Shown here piece by piece: positions 18,782-28,426 of a stretch of 53,945 nucleotides of DNA. The stretch lies in NCBI GenBank assembly GCA_964550085.1, contig CAZJXR010000005.1, forward strand, positions 1 to 53,945. Direction: 5' to 3'. The notes under the pieces are model-generated. The model searched no databases and was not told the origin of the DNA. It worked only from the letters and a program-made list of their open reading frames with translations. The DNA is from an uncultured Gemmatimonadota bacterium (GTDB lineage Bacteria; Gemmatimonadota; Gemmatimonadetes; Palauibacterales; Palauibacteraceae). Within the stretch, counting starts at the first letter, position 1. Every line of letters begins with the position of its first letter. A program made the position numbers and the translations under genes.

Positions 18782-18810
18782 TTGCTCCGTAGTCAGGGGG
18801 AAGGTATACT
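18782..18810 (+). promoter_or_regulatory. Sigma-70-type promoter for the alr operon
   Basis: TTGCTC-N17-TATACT. The -10 ends 9 nt before the alr TTG. Confidence 0.6.
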
Positions 18811-18835
18811 AGGCCGGCCTTGAAAACAGTGTCAA
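18806..18835 (-). promoter_or_regulatory. Sigma-70-type promoter for mazG
   Basis: On the minus strand: TTGACA (18835-18830), N18, TAGTAT (18811-18806). Confidence 0.6.
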
Positions 18836-19986
18836 TCGAAGCCACGCGACGCGCGTGGGTGGAAGTCGATCTCACCGCGCTTCGCCGCAACCTGGCCGCG
18901 CTCCGTGGCAGGTTGACGCCCGGCTGCCGCGTTCTCCCCATGGTAAAGGCCGATGGCTACGGGTTCGGCGCGACTCGCGTCGTGCGGGCACTGGCGTCTC
19001 AACGACCATGGGGCTTCGGGGTAGCGACGCTGGAAGAGGGGATGGCACTGCGCCGCGATGGCTACCGCGGTCGAATCATCGTGTTCTCTCCCTCCGCACA
19101 GCGGGACACCGAGGCGTTTATCGAATCGGAGCTCGAGCCGGTCGCGACGAGTGCGGAGACGTTCTACGCCCTGTCTGCGACGGCCAAGGCGTCGGACTCG
19201 CGGCTCGGAGTGCACCTCGAGATCGATACCGGAATGGCGCGCAGCGGATTGCCCGATTCGGAGGTGGAGAAATGGGCCCCCGACATCGCCAAGCGTCTGA
19301 CCCGCTCGCCGCTGCGGCTGATCAGCACCTTCACCCATTTCCACTCGGCGGACGCGGACGCGGAAGCCACGGGGGTCCAGTGGCGACGCTTTGTCCGCGC
19401 GGTGGATCGACTGCGGGTGCACGGGATCGAGCCCGGACTGTTGCACGCGGCGAACAGCGCCGCGGTCATGCGGTATGACGACTACTGCGCCGACCTCGTG
19501 CGGCCCGGAATCCATCTCTACGGAGGCGGCCGGTGGGCGCCGCCACCGGCGCCCGTGGCCCGGCTTCGGGCGCGCGTGCTGGAATTGCGGAGCGTGCCTC
19601 CGGGCACCACGGTGAGCTATGGGGCGACCTTTACAACAAATCGGCCCACCCGTCTGGCGACGCTCGCAATCGGCTACGGCGACGGCCTCCGTCACGACCT
19701 GGGCAATCGGAGCGTCGTGCTGTTCGGAGGGCGTCGGGCGCCGATCGTCGGAGCGGTGTGTATGGACGTAACCGTAGTCGACGTAACCGACGCGGGCGGG
19801 GTGGAGGTGGGAGACGTCGCGACTCTGCTTGGTTCGGATGGCGATGCCCGAATCGAGCTCGAAGACATGGCGAGCATGTGTGGGACGATTTCGTATGAGA
19901 TTCTCACCGGCCTGGGAATCCGGCTCCCGCGGGTGGAGCACCCGGGAGCCGACGCGTCGAACGGTGGTGGACGCGGTGAGGGGTGA
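18820..19986 (+). CDS. alr: Alanine racemase
   Basis: VKADGYG PLP-lysine motif, IDTGMAR, HAANSA, VRPGI, VSYG catalytic Tyr, GAVCMD, TISYE. Confidence 0.96.
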   Translation: MKTVSIEATRRAWVEVDLTALRRNLAALRGRLTPGCRVLPMVKADGYGFGATRVVRALASQRPWGFGVATLEEGMALRRDGYRGRIIVFSPSAQRDTEAFIESELEPVATSAETFYALSATAKASDSRLGVHLEIDTGMARSGLPDSEVEKWAPDIAKRLTRSPLRLISTFTHFHSADADAEATGVQWRRFVRAVDRLRVHGIEPGLLHAANSAAVMRYDDYCADLVRPGIHLYGGGRWAPPPAPVARLRARVLELRSVPPGTTVSYGATFTTNRPTRLATLAIGYGDGLRHDLGNRSVVLFGGRRAPIVGAVCMDVTVVDVTDAGGVEVGDVATLLGSDGDARIELEDMASMCGTISYEILTGLGIRLPRVEHPGADASNGGGRGEG

Positions 19987-19992
19987 AAGCCG

Positions 19993-20412
19993 ATGAGCGA
20001 CCCTGCGTCCGAGCTCCTCGCCCTGGCCCGCGCGGCGCGCTCCAATGCGCACGCGCCGTACTCCCGATATGCGGTTGGTGCGGCGCTCGAGACCCGGAGT
20101 GGGCGTCGGTTCCCGGGCTGCAACGTCGAGAACGCATCGTTCCCGGTCGGTGTGTGTGCGGAGCGCCTCGCGCTCGGGGCCGCGGTGTGCGCAGGCGAAC
20201 GGAGCTTTCGGCGAATCGTCATCTGCACCGGGGGCTCGAGCCCGGCGCCGCCGTGTGGAGCCTGCCTCCAGGCTCTGGCCGAGTTCGGTGACCTGGACGT
20301 GATCAGTCACGCGGCCAGCGGGGCAAGTCGGGAATGGCGTCTGAGCGCCCTGTTGCCCGAGGCGTTCTCCTTGCCGGCCGGGGATGCGGACAGGAGACAG
20401 ACGTCCGCATGA
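19993..20412 (+). CDS. cdd: Cytidine deaminase (tetrameric type)
   Basis: APYSRYAVGAA, GCNVENAS, CAER, PCGAC zinc ligands. Confidence 0.96.
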   Translation: MSDPASELLALARAARSNAHAPYSRYAVGAALETRSGRRFPGCNVENASFPVGVCAERLALGAAVCAGERSFRRIVICTGGSSPAPPCGACLQALAEFGDLDVISHAASGASREWRLSALLPEAFSLPAGDADRRQTSA

Positions 20413-21683
20413 CACGTGTTTCGTTGCGGAGGGAGGCGCGCATCTCGCTCCAGCTGTGCGCGCTCCTTCCCCTGGTCGCCTGCGGCGCCGACAGCTTGCT
20501 CACCGAGGCCGATCCTCGCACGGCACCACTCCTCGGCACCGAGACCGTCGAGGTACGGATCCGGGCCAGCGAAATGGTCGAGTGGCGCGATACGACGTAC
20601 TCGGGATACGCGGTCGCTCAGGATGCGGGATTCCTGCTCATCTCCGCCCGCCCGGACCTCGAGGCGCACACGCTCGCGCGTTTTCCGAACATCCCGGCCA
20701 CGTTCGAGATCGACACGCTGGAGTTCGGTGTCGACTCGTTTGTCAACGCCGCGATTCGTCTGGTGGTCGACACGGCTGCATCGCAGGTGGACACAACGGA
20801 GTACGAGGTCGAGGTCTATTCTCTGTTGCAGAGCTTCGACGCCGGCACGGTCAGCTGGGAGGAAGCAAGATCCGGCGAGCCCTGGTTCACTCCCGGCGGG
20901 AGTCTGGGCGACCTGCTGGCGAGGGTGAAGGTGGCAGTCGACGACACGCTCGGGCCGCCCGATACTCTTCTCGCCCGCATCCAGGTGAACGCGGACTCCC
21001 TCCTCAAGTCGTGGAGGGACAACCAGGGAGAGCCGGGGGTAGCCGTGCTGGTCTCGAGCCCAGTCGAGCTGCGAGTAACCAGCGTCGCCCTTCGGATGCG
21101 AGCGACGCTGGCGGAGCGGGACACGGTCGTCACCTTCTTCCGCAGCCCGGATCCACGCACCTTCATATACGACCCGCCTCCTCCGCCGGTTGGATCCGAT
21201 CTGCGCGTGGCGGGGATTCCGGCGGACCGCTTCTATTTCGACTTCGTGATGCCCGACACCTTCGAAGGCGTACCGCTGCGCGGCTCCACAATAAACCTGG
21301 CCGAGCTGCTGTTCTATCCGCTGCCGCCGGTGCCGCCGCCTTTCGCCCTCGAGCGCGCCATCCCCGGGGCGGCGTTCATTCTGCTCGCCAATCCCTTCAT
21401 CTTCGGCCCCAATACCCCGATCGGGCCCACGATCGACAACCTCACCTTCAACCCCGACTCCCTGGTCGCCGGCGACCCGGTCGCGGTCACGGTGACGGCA
21501 TCGCTCGTAAACTGGGCGCTGTCTCCGCCGGACTCGACCCCGCCCCTCCGCTTCGGGGTGAGGGCGAGCCCGGACGGACAGACGATTCAGCTCTGGGACT
21601 TCGGCTCCGTGGAGCGTCCGCGCCCCCGTGAGCCCGAACTCCGCATGTTGGTCACTCCCAACGCCCGGTTCCGACTCCCGTGA
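20409..21683 (+). CDS. Hypothetical lipoprotein (beta-rich)
   Basis: ATG at 20409 overlaps the cdd stop. Basic N-terminus, hydrophobic stretch and lipobox LVA-C. Coding-like codon pattern. No family recognised with certainty. Confidence 0.75.
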   Translation: MTRVSLRREARISLQLCALLPLVACGADSLLTEADPRTAPLLGTETVEVRIRASEMVEWRDTTYSGYAVAQDAGFLLISARPDLEAHTLARFPNIPATFEIDTLEFGVDSFVNAAIRLVVDTAASQVDTTEYEVEVYSLLQSFDAGTVSWEEARSGEPWFTPGGSLGDLLARVKVAVDDTLGPPDTLLARIQVNADSLLKSWRDNQGEPGVAVLVSSPVELRVTSVALRMRATLAERDTVVTFFRSPDPRTFIYDPPPPPVGSDLRVAGIPADRFYFDFVMPDTFEGVPLRGSTINLAELLFYPLPPVPPPFALERAIPGAAFILLANPFIFGPNTPIGPTIDNLTFNPDSLVAGDPVAVTVTASLVNWALSPPDSTPPLRFGVRASPDGQTIQLWDFGSVERPRPREPELRMLVTPNARFRLP

Positions 21684-22879
21684 CGATGAGGATCTTCGCC
21701 TCGGGCCGGAGCGCGCGTGCACGGCTGGCGTTGCTCGCGGCCGCCGGCGCGCTGCCGCTCCTACCCGCCGCCGGCGCCGGCCAGACCCCGTTCACCGCCA
21801 TCGGCTTCGGCTATCCGACCGTCGCCACCGATGCCCGGGCGGCGGCCCTCGGCTCTGCCGGGGTAGCCTTGCTGGGCGGAACCTACTCGTTGATCAACCC
21901 GGCCGGCGTCACCGATTTCCGCGGGTTGTCGATCAACCTGTCGCTCACTCCCGAGCAGGTGAGCGTCAAATTCCCCGACGCGAGCGAGGGCATTCGACGA
22001 GCGTGGGTTCCGGTCGCCCGAGCCATCATTCCCCTCGCCTCCAACACCTCGCTCGCCTTCGGCATCGGGGCCGATCTCAATCAGAACTGGGGCGTCGTGT
22101 TCAGCGACACGCTGGAGTCGACGCTCGGTACCTTTCCGTTCGACGAACGGCGGGAGAACGACGGCGGCCTGAGCTCGCTGGATGGCACCCTGGCTCGCCG
22201 CATCGGGCCGATCTCGGTCGGGGTCGGAGTGCAAAGGCTGATTGGCAACCTGCGTCAGACGGTAGCCCGTCTGTACCAGCCCGACACGGCCGGGAGTGGT
22301 CGTCAACTGCTTCCGGTGCGAGATTTCGGCGAGGTGAGCTACACCGCCTGGCGTTTCCTGGGCGGTGCCATGGCCAGCTTCGAGAACCGCTTCAGGGTGG
22401 GAGCGTCGTTCGGCGTCTCGACGGATCTCGACGCGACGAACGACACGACCGGCGTGACGGTGTCGTTCGATATGCCGGCGACGGCGGCACTCGGGGCCAG
22501 CGTTCGGGTCACACCGCGGTTGCTGCTCGCTGCCAGCGGAATCTGGCAGAACTGGTCTGCCACCAACAGGAGCTTCAGCACCGTGCGCACGGCGGACAGC
22601 TACCAGATCGGCGGAGGCCTCGAATACATCGGCACCCGCTTTATCGGCCTCGGGGTCCCGCTTCGTCTCGGCTACCGTTGGGCGAAGCTACCCTTCATTA
22701 TTCGGGACAAACAGCAATCGACGGAATGGGCCGTTACCCTCGGGTTCGGCGCCGCCCTCGCCAGCGGTCTGGCCAACTTCGACTTCGGATTCGATATCGG
22801 GAGTCGTGGCGATCTCGAAACGACCGGGGCGGAAGAGTCGTTTTTCCGCTCCACGCTCTCCATCAGCCTGCGGCAGTGA
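21680..22879 (+). CDS. Outer membrane beta-barrel protein (FadL/PorV-like)
   Basis: Signal peptide ending AGAG|Q, ARAAALGSAG and INPAG plug motifs typical of FadL/PorV-type barrels, alternating beta strands, C-terminal strand STLSISLRQ. Confidence 0.7.
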   Translation: MTMRIFASGRSARARLALLAAAGALPLLPAAGAGQTPFTAIGFGYPTVATDARAAALGSAGVALLGGTYSLINPAGVTDFRGLSINLSLTPEQVSVKFPDASEGIRRAWVPVARAIIPLASNTSLAFGIGADLNQNWGVVFSDTLESTLGTFPFDERRENDGGLSSLDGTLARRIGPISVGVGVQRLIGNLRQTVARLYQPDTAGSGRQLLPVRDFGEVSYTAWRFLGGAMASFENRFRVGASFGVSTDLDATNDTTGVTVSFDMPATAALGASVRVTPRLLLAASGIWQNWSATNRSFSTVRTADSYQIGGGLEYIGTRFIGLGVPLRLGYRWAKLPFIIRDKQQSTEWAVTLGFGAALASGLANFDFGFDIGSRGDLETTGAEESFFRSTLSISLRQ

Positions 22880-22955
22880 GTGGCGGGAGCCGCCCGCAGA
22901 TGATCGTACGGTGAGCTGCGATCCGACTGTTGACCCGGGAACATGAACTGGGACG

Positions 22956-24332
22956 ATGAACGAACTGCTCGCACTGAGACGTAACCGGCCGGGTGCCGGA
23001 TCGGTGCCGCGGCCGTTCCAGAGCCGAGTCTACATCGAGACGTACGGCTGTCAGATGAATATCAACGACACCGAGCTCATGGCTGGTGTGTTGGCCGACG
23101 CCGGGTACGTGACCGTGGAGGAACCCGACCGGGCGGACGTGATCCTGCTCAACACGTGTGCGATCCGTGAGCATGCCGAACGGCGTGTGCTCGGTCGCAT
23201 CGGCGAGCTGCAACGTCACCGTCGCCGCCGTCCCGACCTGGTGCTGGGGGTGACGGGCTGCATGGCACAGCGGCTCGGTCGCACGCTGCTCGGGCCGGGC
23301 GCGGGAGTCGACCTCGTTGCCGGGCCCGACGCGTACCGCAGGTTGGGCGAGGTCATCGAGACGATGCGTGCGGGAGGCGTCGCGCGGGGCCAAGCGCTGC
23401 TCGAGCTCGATGCGAGCGAGGGGTACGAAGGGCTGAACGCCGTCCGTCGGGCGGGTGTGACGGCGTGGGTCACCGTGCAACGCGGATGCGATCACCGCTG
23501 CACCTTCTGCATCGTGCCCTACGTCCGGGGCCCGGAAAAGAACCGCTCCCCAGAGGTTATTCTCGATGAGGTGACCAATGTCGTCGCCGGCGGTTTCAAC
23601 GCCGTCACCCTGCTCGGACAAACCGTCAACTCGTACCGCTGGGAGGAATGGGACTTTGCCCGACTGCTCCAGGCGGTCGCGCGCGCCCCGGGGCTCCGAC
23701 GCTTGACCTTCACCTCGCCGCACCCGAACGACGTAGGCGAGCGGCTGCTGGAGGTGATGGCCGCCGAGCCAGTCGTGTGTCGGCAGCTCCACCTGCCCGC
23801 CCAGTCCGGGGCTAACCGCATCCTCAAACGCATGGTTCGCCGCTACACGGTCGAGGAGTTCATGGATACGGTGGAGCGGACGCGAACGACGATTCCGGGC
23901 ATCGCCCTGAGCACCGACCTCATTGTGGGGTTTCCGGGTGAGACCGAGGCAGATTTCGAGGCGACGCTCGATCTCGTGCGCACGGTCCGTTTTGATGACG
24001 CGTTTCTGTATCGCTACTCGGCGCGAAACGGAACGCCCGCCACCCGATTCCCAGCGGCCGACTTCGTTCCCGATGCCGTGGCCCAGCGAAGGCTCGAGAC
24101 GCTGATCGAAGTGCACCGGGAGATTCAGCGCGAGATCAACCAAAGCGAGGTCGGTTCGGTGCAGGAGGTGCACGTCGAGCGCGAGGCGCGTTCGTCGGGC
24201 GATATGCTGGGCCGAACGGAGCGTAACAAAGTGGTCGCGTTCCCGGGCGAGCCCGATCTGGTCGGCCGGTTCCTCGACGTGCGACTCATCGCCACCACGG
24301 GCGCAACCTTCGTCGGCGAGCGAGCAGCGTGA
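22956..24332 (+). CDS. miaB: tRNA-i6A37 methylthiotransferase
   Basis: ETYGCQMN, NTCAIRE, GCMAQ, radical SAM CDHRCTFC, FTSPHP, C-terminal TRAM domain. True start may be slightly downstream. Confidence 0.96.
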   Translation: MNELLALRRNRPGAGSVPRPFQSRVYIETYGCQMNINDTELMAGVLADAGYVTVEEPDRADVILLNTCAIREHAERRVLGRIGELQRHRRRRPDLVLGVTGCMAQRLGRTLLGPGAGVDLVAGPDAYRRLGEVIETMRAGGVARGQALLELDASEGYEGLNAVRRAGVTAWVTVQRGCDHRCTFCIVPYVRGPEKNRSPEVILDEVTNVVAGGFNAVTLLGQTVNSYRWEEWDFARLLQAVARAPGLRRLTFTSPHPNDVGERLLEVMAAEPVVCRQLHLPAQSGANRILKRMVRRYTVEEFMDTVERTRTTIPGIALSTDLIVGFPGETEADFEATLDLVRTVRFDDAFLYRYSARNGTPATRFPAADFVPDAVAQRRLETLIEVHREIQREINQSEVGSVQEVHVEREARSSGDMLGRTERNKVVAFPGEPDLVGRFLDVRLIATTGATFVGERAA

Positions 24333-24583
24333 AGCTGTGGTCCCGCCTCATCACCTTCCTGCTGGCCGCAACCGCCGCGTTCATCTTCGCCGTTCAGAAC
24401 GGGAGAGAGTTCGTGACCGTTCGCTTTCCGGGTCTCACGCTGCGATCGGTCTCCCTTCCGGTAGTGGTGTTCGGAGCGGCCCTTGTCGGCATGCTGCTCG
24501 TGTTTCTGGTCGGGATGCGGGCGGATCTTCGCACGCGGCGCCTCGTGCAACGCTATCGCGATACGGCAAACCACGACAACTGA
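24329..24583 (+). CDS. LapA/DUF1049 family small membrane protein
   Basis: Two TMs with FAVQN motif and SLPVVVFGAALVG. GTGA overlap with miaB. Confidence 0.75.
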   Translation: MKLWSRLITFLLAATAAFIFAVQNGREFVTVRFPGLTLRSVSLPVVVFGAALVGMLLVFLVGMRADLRTRRLVQRYRDTANHDN

Positions 24584-24746
24584 CTCGGACTGGACAACGC
24601 TGCGCCGATTCCAGCCACCTGCTGGGTAGCTTCCACATGATTTGCGATCGGCAGCGCAGCGAACGAAGTGAAGGGCGAACTACCCGCCACCTCGACTCGC
24701 CGCTCCCGATCGCCGACCGACGCTGACCGGTCCGCCGGTCGGGCCG

Positions 24747-27206
24747 GTGGTGCGGATCGGTGTCGCGCTCGCGGTGGGCGAGCTCGCCGCCTTGTGGCTC
24801 GGTGATCGCGTCCCCGCCCCGGCCTTGGTTCCGTGGCTGCTCGCCTTGATTCTCCTGGCTGTCGGCCTTCTGCGATGGTGGTGCGGTGCGGAAAGGGCGG
24901 TCACGGAGGTTACCTCCCGCCATCGCGGCGGCGGGCGCCGGGGCAGGGGCGGGTCGGCAGGTGGCGGAGTGGTCAGCGGCTGTATCGCCGCCGCGCTGCT
25001 GGCGGGGTTGGCGCTCGGCATCTCTGCCGGCGGCAGCTCGGAGGCCTCGTGCACCGCGGCTCTGTCGACGGGCGACCGAGTGGCGGCGGTCGGCGTTCCG
25101 GAGGCGCCGGAGGCGCCCGTGAAAGACGCGGGCGGTCGGTCGCGCGGCGTCTCCACCCGCTACCTCTATCTCCGTGGGGTGGAACTCCGCCGGGGCGGCC
25201 GCGTGTGTCGATTGCCGCGGCTGGCGGTTCGGCTGCGCGGCGAACCACCCGGAGCAGCTGGCGCCCGCGGGATCGAGTGGAGTCTCGACGGCGTCTGGCG
25301 TCGCACGGGCGCTCCCGAAGACGGGTGGCCGCGCTCGCCCGTTCGCTACGGCTACCTCTATGCTTCCGGTGCCGGAGTGAAGGACGCCACCGGGCAGGCG
25401 CCGGCCGCTCGTGACGGCCGGGCGCGGCTGCAGCGCGCGCTGCGATCCTTTCGCGAGCGAGCCGGGAGCAGGCTTCGACGGCTTCTGCCGCGGGATGTGG
25501 AGGGGATCGCCGTGGCCATGGTGTTGGCGGAGCGGGGCGACGTCGATCCCGGCGTGTCGCGCCGTTTCGCCGAGTCTGGCCTGGCCCATCTGTTGGCCAT
25601 CTCGGGCCTGCACGTGGGCATTCTGGCCGCTCTCGCCGCCTCTCTGTTTGGCCTGCTGGTCTCGTTTCGCTTTCGCCTTCCCCTCGCCGCGGGAGTAGTC
25701 CTCGGGTACGTAACGGCCATCGGCGCCCCCCCGGCGGCCCTCCGCGCCGGCTTGCTGTTCGCCGCCTACGCCACAGCCCGGCTGCAGGGGAGCCCGCGCC
25801 GGCTGTCCGACATGGTCGGCTTGGCCGCCATCGTGGCTCTCCTCATCGAGCCGATCCATCTACTCGAAGCGAGCTTTCAGCTTTCCTTCGCCGGTTTCGT
25901 CGGGGTGGTGGCTGGCGCCCGCGCCGGGGATCGTCTGACGGGCCCGCGAGGGGGTCGACTTGCTCGTCGGGGACCGGGGTGGCGGGCCGCGCGCTGGCTG
26001 GCCGCCAGCACGGGAGCCTTTTTGTTCACGGCCCCGTTTTCCGCCATGCATTTTCAACGTTCGGCCCCGATCGCCGTCGCGTCGAGCATGGTCGGAACTC
26101 CACTCGTCGGTCTTATCCTGCCGGCGCTGGTCGGTGCGCTGCTCCTGCCCGGACCGCTCGCCACCCTGAGCGCGGGCGCGGCGACGGCGCTGGTCCGGTT
26201 CCTGTACCGAGCGGTGTCCCTGTTTGCCGCCCTCCCGTTCGGTCACGGGGCGATCGCACCTCCGCGCGCGCACCACTGGATCGCGTTTCTTCTCCTCGCC
26301 CTCGCTCTGGCCGCTGCGGCGCACGGGCTGCGGGGCCGCGCCCTGCTGCGTGCCGGCGCGGCGCTGGCGCTGCTGGTCGCCGGCCCCGGGCTGTCCGGCC
26401 TGCCGCTGCGTGGAATGACGCTGCTCTGCACCCTGTCGGTGGGACAGGGCGACGCGGCGGTCGTGCGGACGCGGCGGGGGAACTGGATCGTCCTCGATGT
26501 CGGTCCGGGTGGTGGACGTTCCGACCCTGTGGTCCGCTTCCTCCGCGCGCACGGTGCACGCGGTGTCGAGCTGTTCTCGCTCAGTCATCCGCATCTGGAC
26601 CACATGGGAGGCGCGACCGAGCTGTTCGACGCCTTTCGGGTGCGGCGCGTGCTGGACGCCGGGAATCCACTGGCCAGCTCCCGGTACGGGGAATTCCTCG
26701 ATGCGGTCGAGGCCGAAGGGGCGGAGTGGCTACGTGCTCGAACCGGCACCCGACTTCGCCTCGACGAGATCCGGATCGCCGTGTTGGGACCCGATGACTG
26801 GCAGGCCGACGACGGTGCGGACAGCTTCCTGGAGGCGAATGAGGCGAGCCTGGCAATGCGAATCGGCGTGCACGAGCATTTCGCGTATATCAACACGGGC
26901 GATGCATCGCGCGCCGAGGAAGACGCCATGCTAGCGCGCTGGCCGCCGGACTTCCTGCGCGCACAGGTGCTGAAGCTGGGGCACCACGGTAGCCGGACGT
27001 CGTCCGGGTTACCGTGGCTGCGGGCGACGCGGCCCGAGGTGGCCATCATCTCTGCCGGAATCGGCAATCGCTACGGGCACCCTCATCCGGAGACCCTGGC
27101 GCGCCTCGACTCCGCCGGCCCGATCCGCGTGTGGCGAACCGATCGCCAGGGAACCCTGTGCATCCAAGTCGAGCGCGACGGAGCGTGGCGGCTGCGGGAT
27201 CCCTGA
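24747..27206 (+). CDS. comEC: DNA uptake channel ComEC/Rec2
   Basis: HLLAISGLHV competence domain, SFQLSF, metallo-beta-lactamase domain with VGQGDA, SHPHLDHMGG, GHHGS, NRYGHPHP. Confidence 0.95.
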   Translation: MVRIGVALAVGELAALWLGDRVPAPALVPWLLALILLAVGLLRWWCGAERAVTEVTSRHRGGGRRGRGGSAGGGVVSGCIAAALLAGLALGISAGGSSEASCTAALSTGDRVAAVGVPEAPEAPVKDAGGRSRGVSTRYLYLRGVELRRGGRVCRLPRLAVRLRGEPPGAAGARGIEWSLDGVWRRTGAPEDGWPRSPVRYGYLYASGAGVKDATGQAPAARDGRARLQRALRSFRERAGSRLRRLLPRDVEGIAVAMVLAERGDVDPGVSRRFAESGLAHLLAISGLHVGILAALAASLFGLLVSFRFRLPLAAGVVLGYVTAIGAPPAALRAGLLFAAYATARLQGSPRRLSDMVGLAAIVALLIEPIHLLEASFQLSFAGFVGVVAGARAGDRLTGPRGGRLARRGPGWRAARWLAASTGAFLFTAPFSAMHFQRSAPIAVASSMVGTPLVGLILPALVGALLLPGPLATLSAGAATALVRFLYRAVSLFAALPFGHGAIAPPRAHHWIAFLLLALALAAAAHGLRGRALLRAGAALALLVAGPGLSGLPLRGMTLLCTLSVGQGDAAVVRTRRGNWIVLDVGPGGGRSDPVVRFLRAHGARGVELFSLSHPHLDHMGGATELFDAFRVRRVLDAGNPLASSRYGEFLDAVEAEGAEWLRARTGTRLRLDEIRIAVLGPDDWQADDGADSFLEANEASLAMRIGVHEHFAYINTGDASRAEEDAMLARWPPDFLRAQVLKLGHHGSRTSSGLPWLRATRPEVAIISAGIGNRYGHPHPETLARLDSAGPIRVWRTDRQGTLCIQVERDGAWRLRDP

Positions 27207-27366
27207 CGGTCCTGGCAGGTCGCTGGGTGGCTCGATGCTTGACCGCCGCCGCACCGCGATCCAAAGTGTAATCTGCACGGACCGCTCGCCCGTGGCGCTC
27301 GGGGAAGCGCGTGGTGCGAGACTGCCGGACCGGCGCCCTCAAATACGGTCGAACCGGGAGACACGC

Positions 27367-28377
27367 ATGGACAAGTCCGTTGTCACCATCGAGCGCTTCA
27401 TCATCGGACAGGAGCGCAGGTACCCGCAGGCGCGTGGCGCCCTGTCATCGATCCTGTACGACCTCACCCTGGCGGCCAAGCTCATCAGCCGAGAGGTAAA
27501 CAAGGCAGGGCTGGTGGATATCCTCGGCAAGACCGGTCACGAGAATATCCATGGCGAGGAAGTCCGCAAGCTCGACGACTACGCCAACGAGGTGATCTTT
27601 CGCGCTCTCGATCACACCGGCCTGCTGTGCCTCATGGCGTCCGAGGAGGAAGACGAGGTGATTCTCATTCCGGAGCGCTTCGACGTCGGCGACTACGTTC
27701 TCCTGTACGATCCGCTCGACGGCAGCTCCAACATCGACGCCAACATCTCGATCGGAACCATATTCTCCATTCATCGCCGCGTAACATCCGGTCGTGACGG
27801 CACGCTCCAGGACTGCCTTCAGAAAGGGAGCAAGCAGGTGGCGGCCGGATACGTGATGTACGGATCTTCCACCATGCTCGTGTACACGACGGGCAGCGGC
27901 GTGCACGCCTTTACTCTCGATCCCTCCATCGGCGAGTTCCTCCTCTCGAACCCCGACATCCGGATCCCTTCACCGGGTAAGCGGATCTACAGCGTGAACG
28001 AAGGAAACTTCCGCCGCTGGAGCGAGCCTCAGAGGCGGCTCGCCCGCTATCTGCGGGGCGAGGAAGGGGACGGCGAAGCTTTTTCGATGCGGTACGTCGG
28101 ATCGCTGGTGGCAGACTTCCACCGCACGCTGTCCTATGGTGGGCTGTTCATGTATCCGGGCGACTCGAGCTCACCCGACGGGAAGCTCCGCCTCCTGTAT
28201 GAGGCGGCACCTCTGGCCCTGATCTGCGAACAGGCGGGCGGACGGGCGACGAACGGAAAGCAGGACATCCTTTCGATCCGGCCTCGGGCACTGCACGAGC
28301 GTACGCCGCTATTCATCGGCAGCGCCGAGTTCGTCGACATCGCGCACAGTTTCCTGGATGGTGGTCGCCCCGCTTGA
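27367..28377 (+). CDS. fbp: Fructose-1,6-bisphosphatase class 1
   Basis: GGAG then ATG at 27367. SEEE, DPLDGSSN, GTIFSI, RYVGSLVAD, GKLRLLYE. Confidence 0.97.
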   Translation: MDKSVVTIERFIIGQERRYPQARGALSSILYDLTLAAKLISREVNKAGLVDILGKTGHENIHGEEVRKLDDYANEVIFRALDHTGLLCLMASEEEDEVILIPERFDVGDYVLLYDPLDGSSNIDANISIGTIFSIHRRVTSGRDGTLQDCLQKGSKQVAAGYVMYGSSTMLVYTTGSGVHAFTLDPSIGEFLLSNPDIRIPSPGKRIYSVNEGNFRRWSEPQRRLARYLRGEEGDGEAFSMRYVGSLVADFHRTLSYGGLFMYPGDSSSPDGKLRLLYEAAPLALICEQAGGRATNGKQDILSIRPRALHERTPLFIGSAEFVDIAHSFLDGGRPA

Positions 28378-28399
28378 ACCCGCACCGGTTCGTGGTGAC

Positions 28400-28426
28400 A
28401 GCAGGTCGCTGAAGAAGGGACCTGCT
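28400..28426. terminator. Hairpin between convergent fbp and ppdK (possible bidirectional terminator)
   Basis: AGCAGGTC...GACCTGCT 8-bp stem. No U tract on either side. Confidence 0.3.

Noticed and set aside
24584-24746. SRP 4.5S RNA or 6S RNA identity for the hairpin before comEC; also the 29-codon ORF at 24637-24726
   Set aside because: No SRP helix-8 CAGG/GNRA/AGCA arrangement and too short for 6S. The small ORF has no SD and no recognisable feature.
27239-27274. Sigma-70 promoter for fbp (TTGACC with CAAAGT or TAATCT)
   Set aside because: The hexamer at 17 bp is a poor -10 and the better one is 24 bp away; not supportable.
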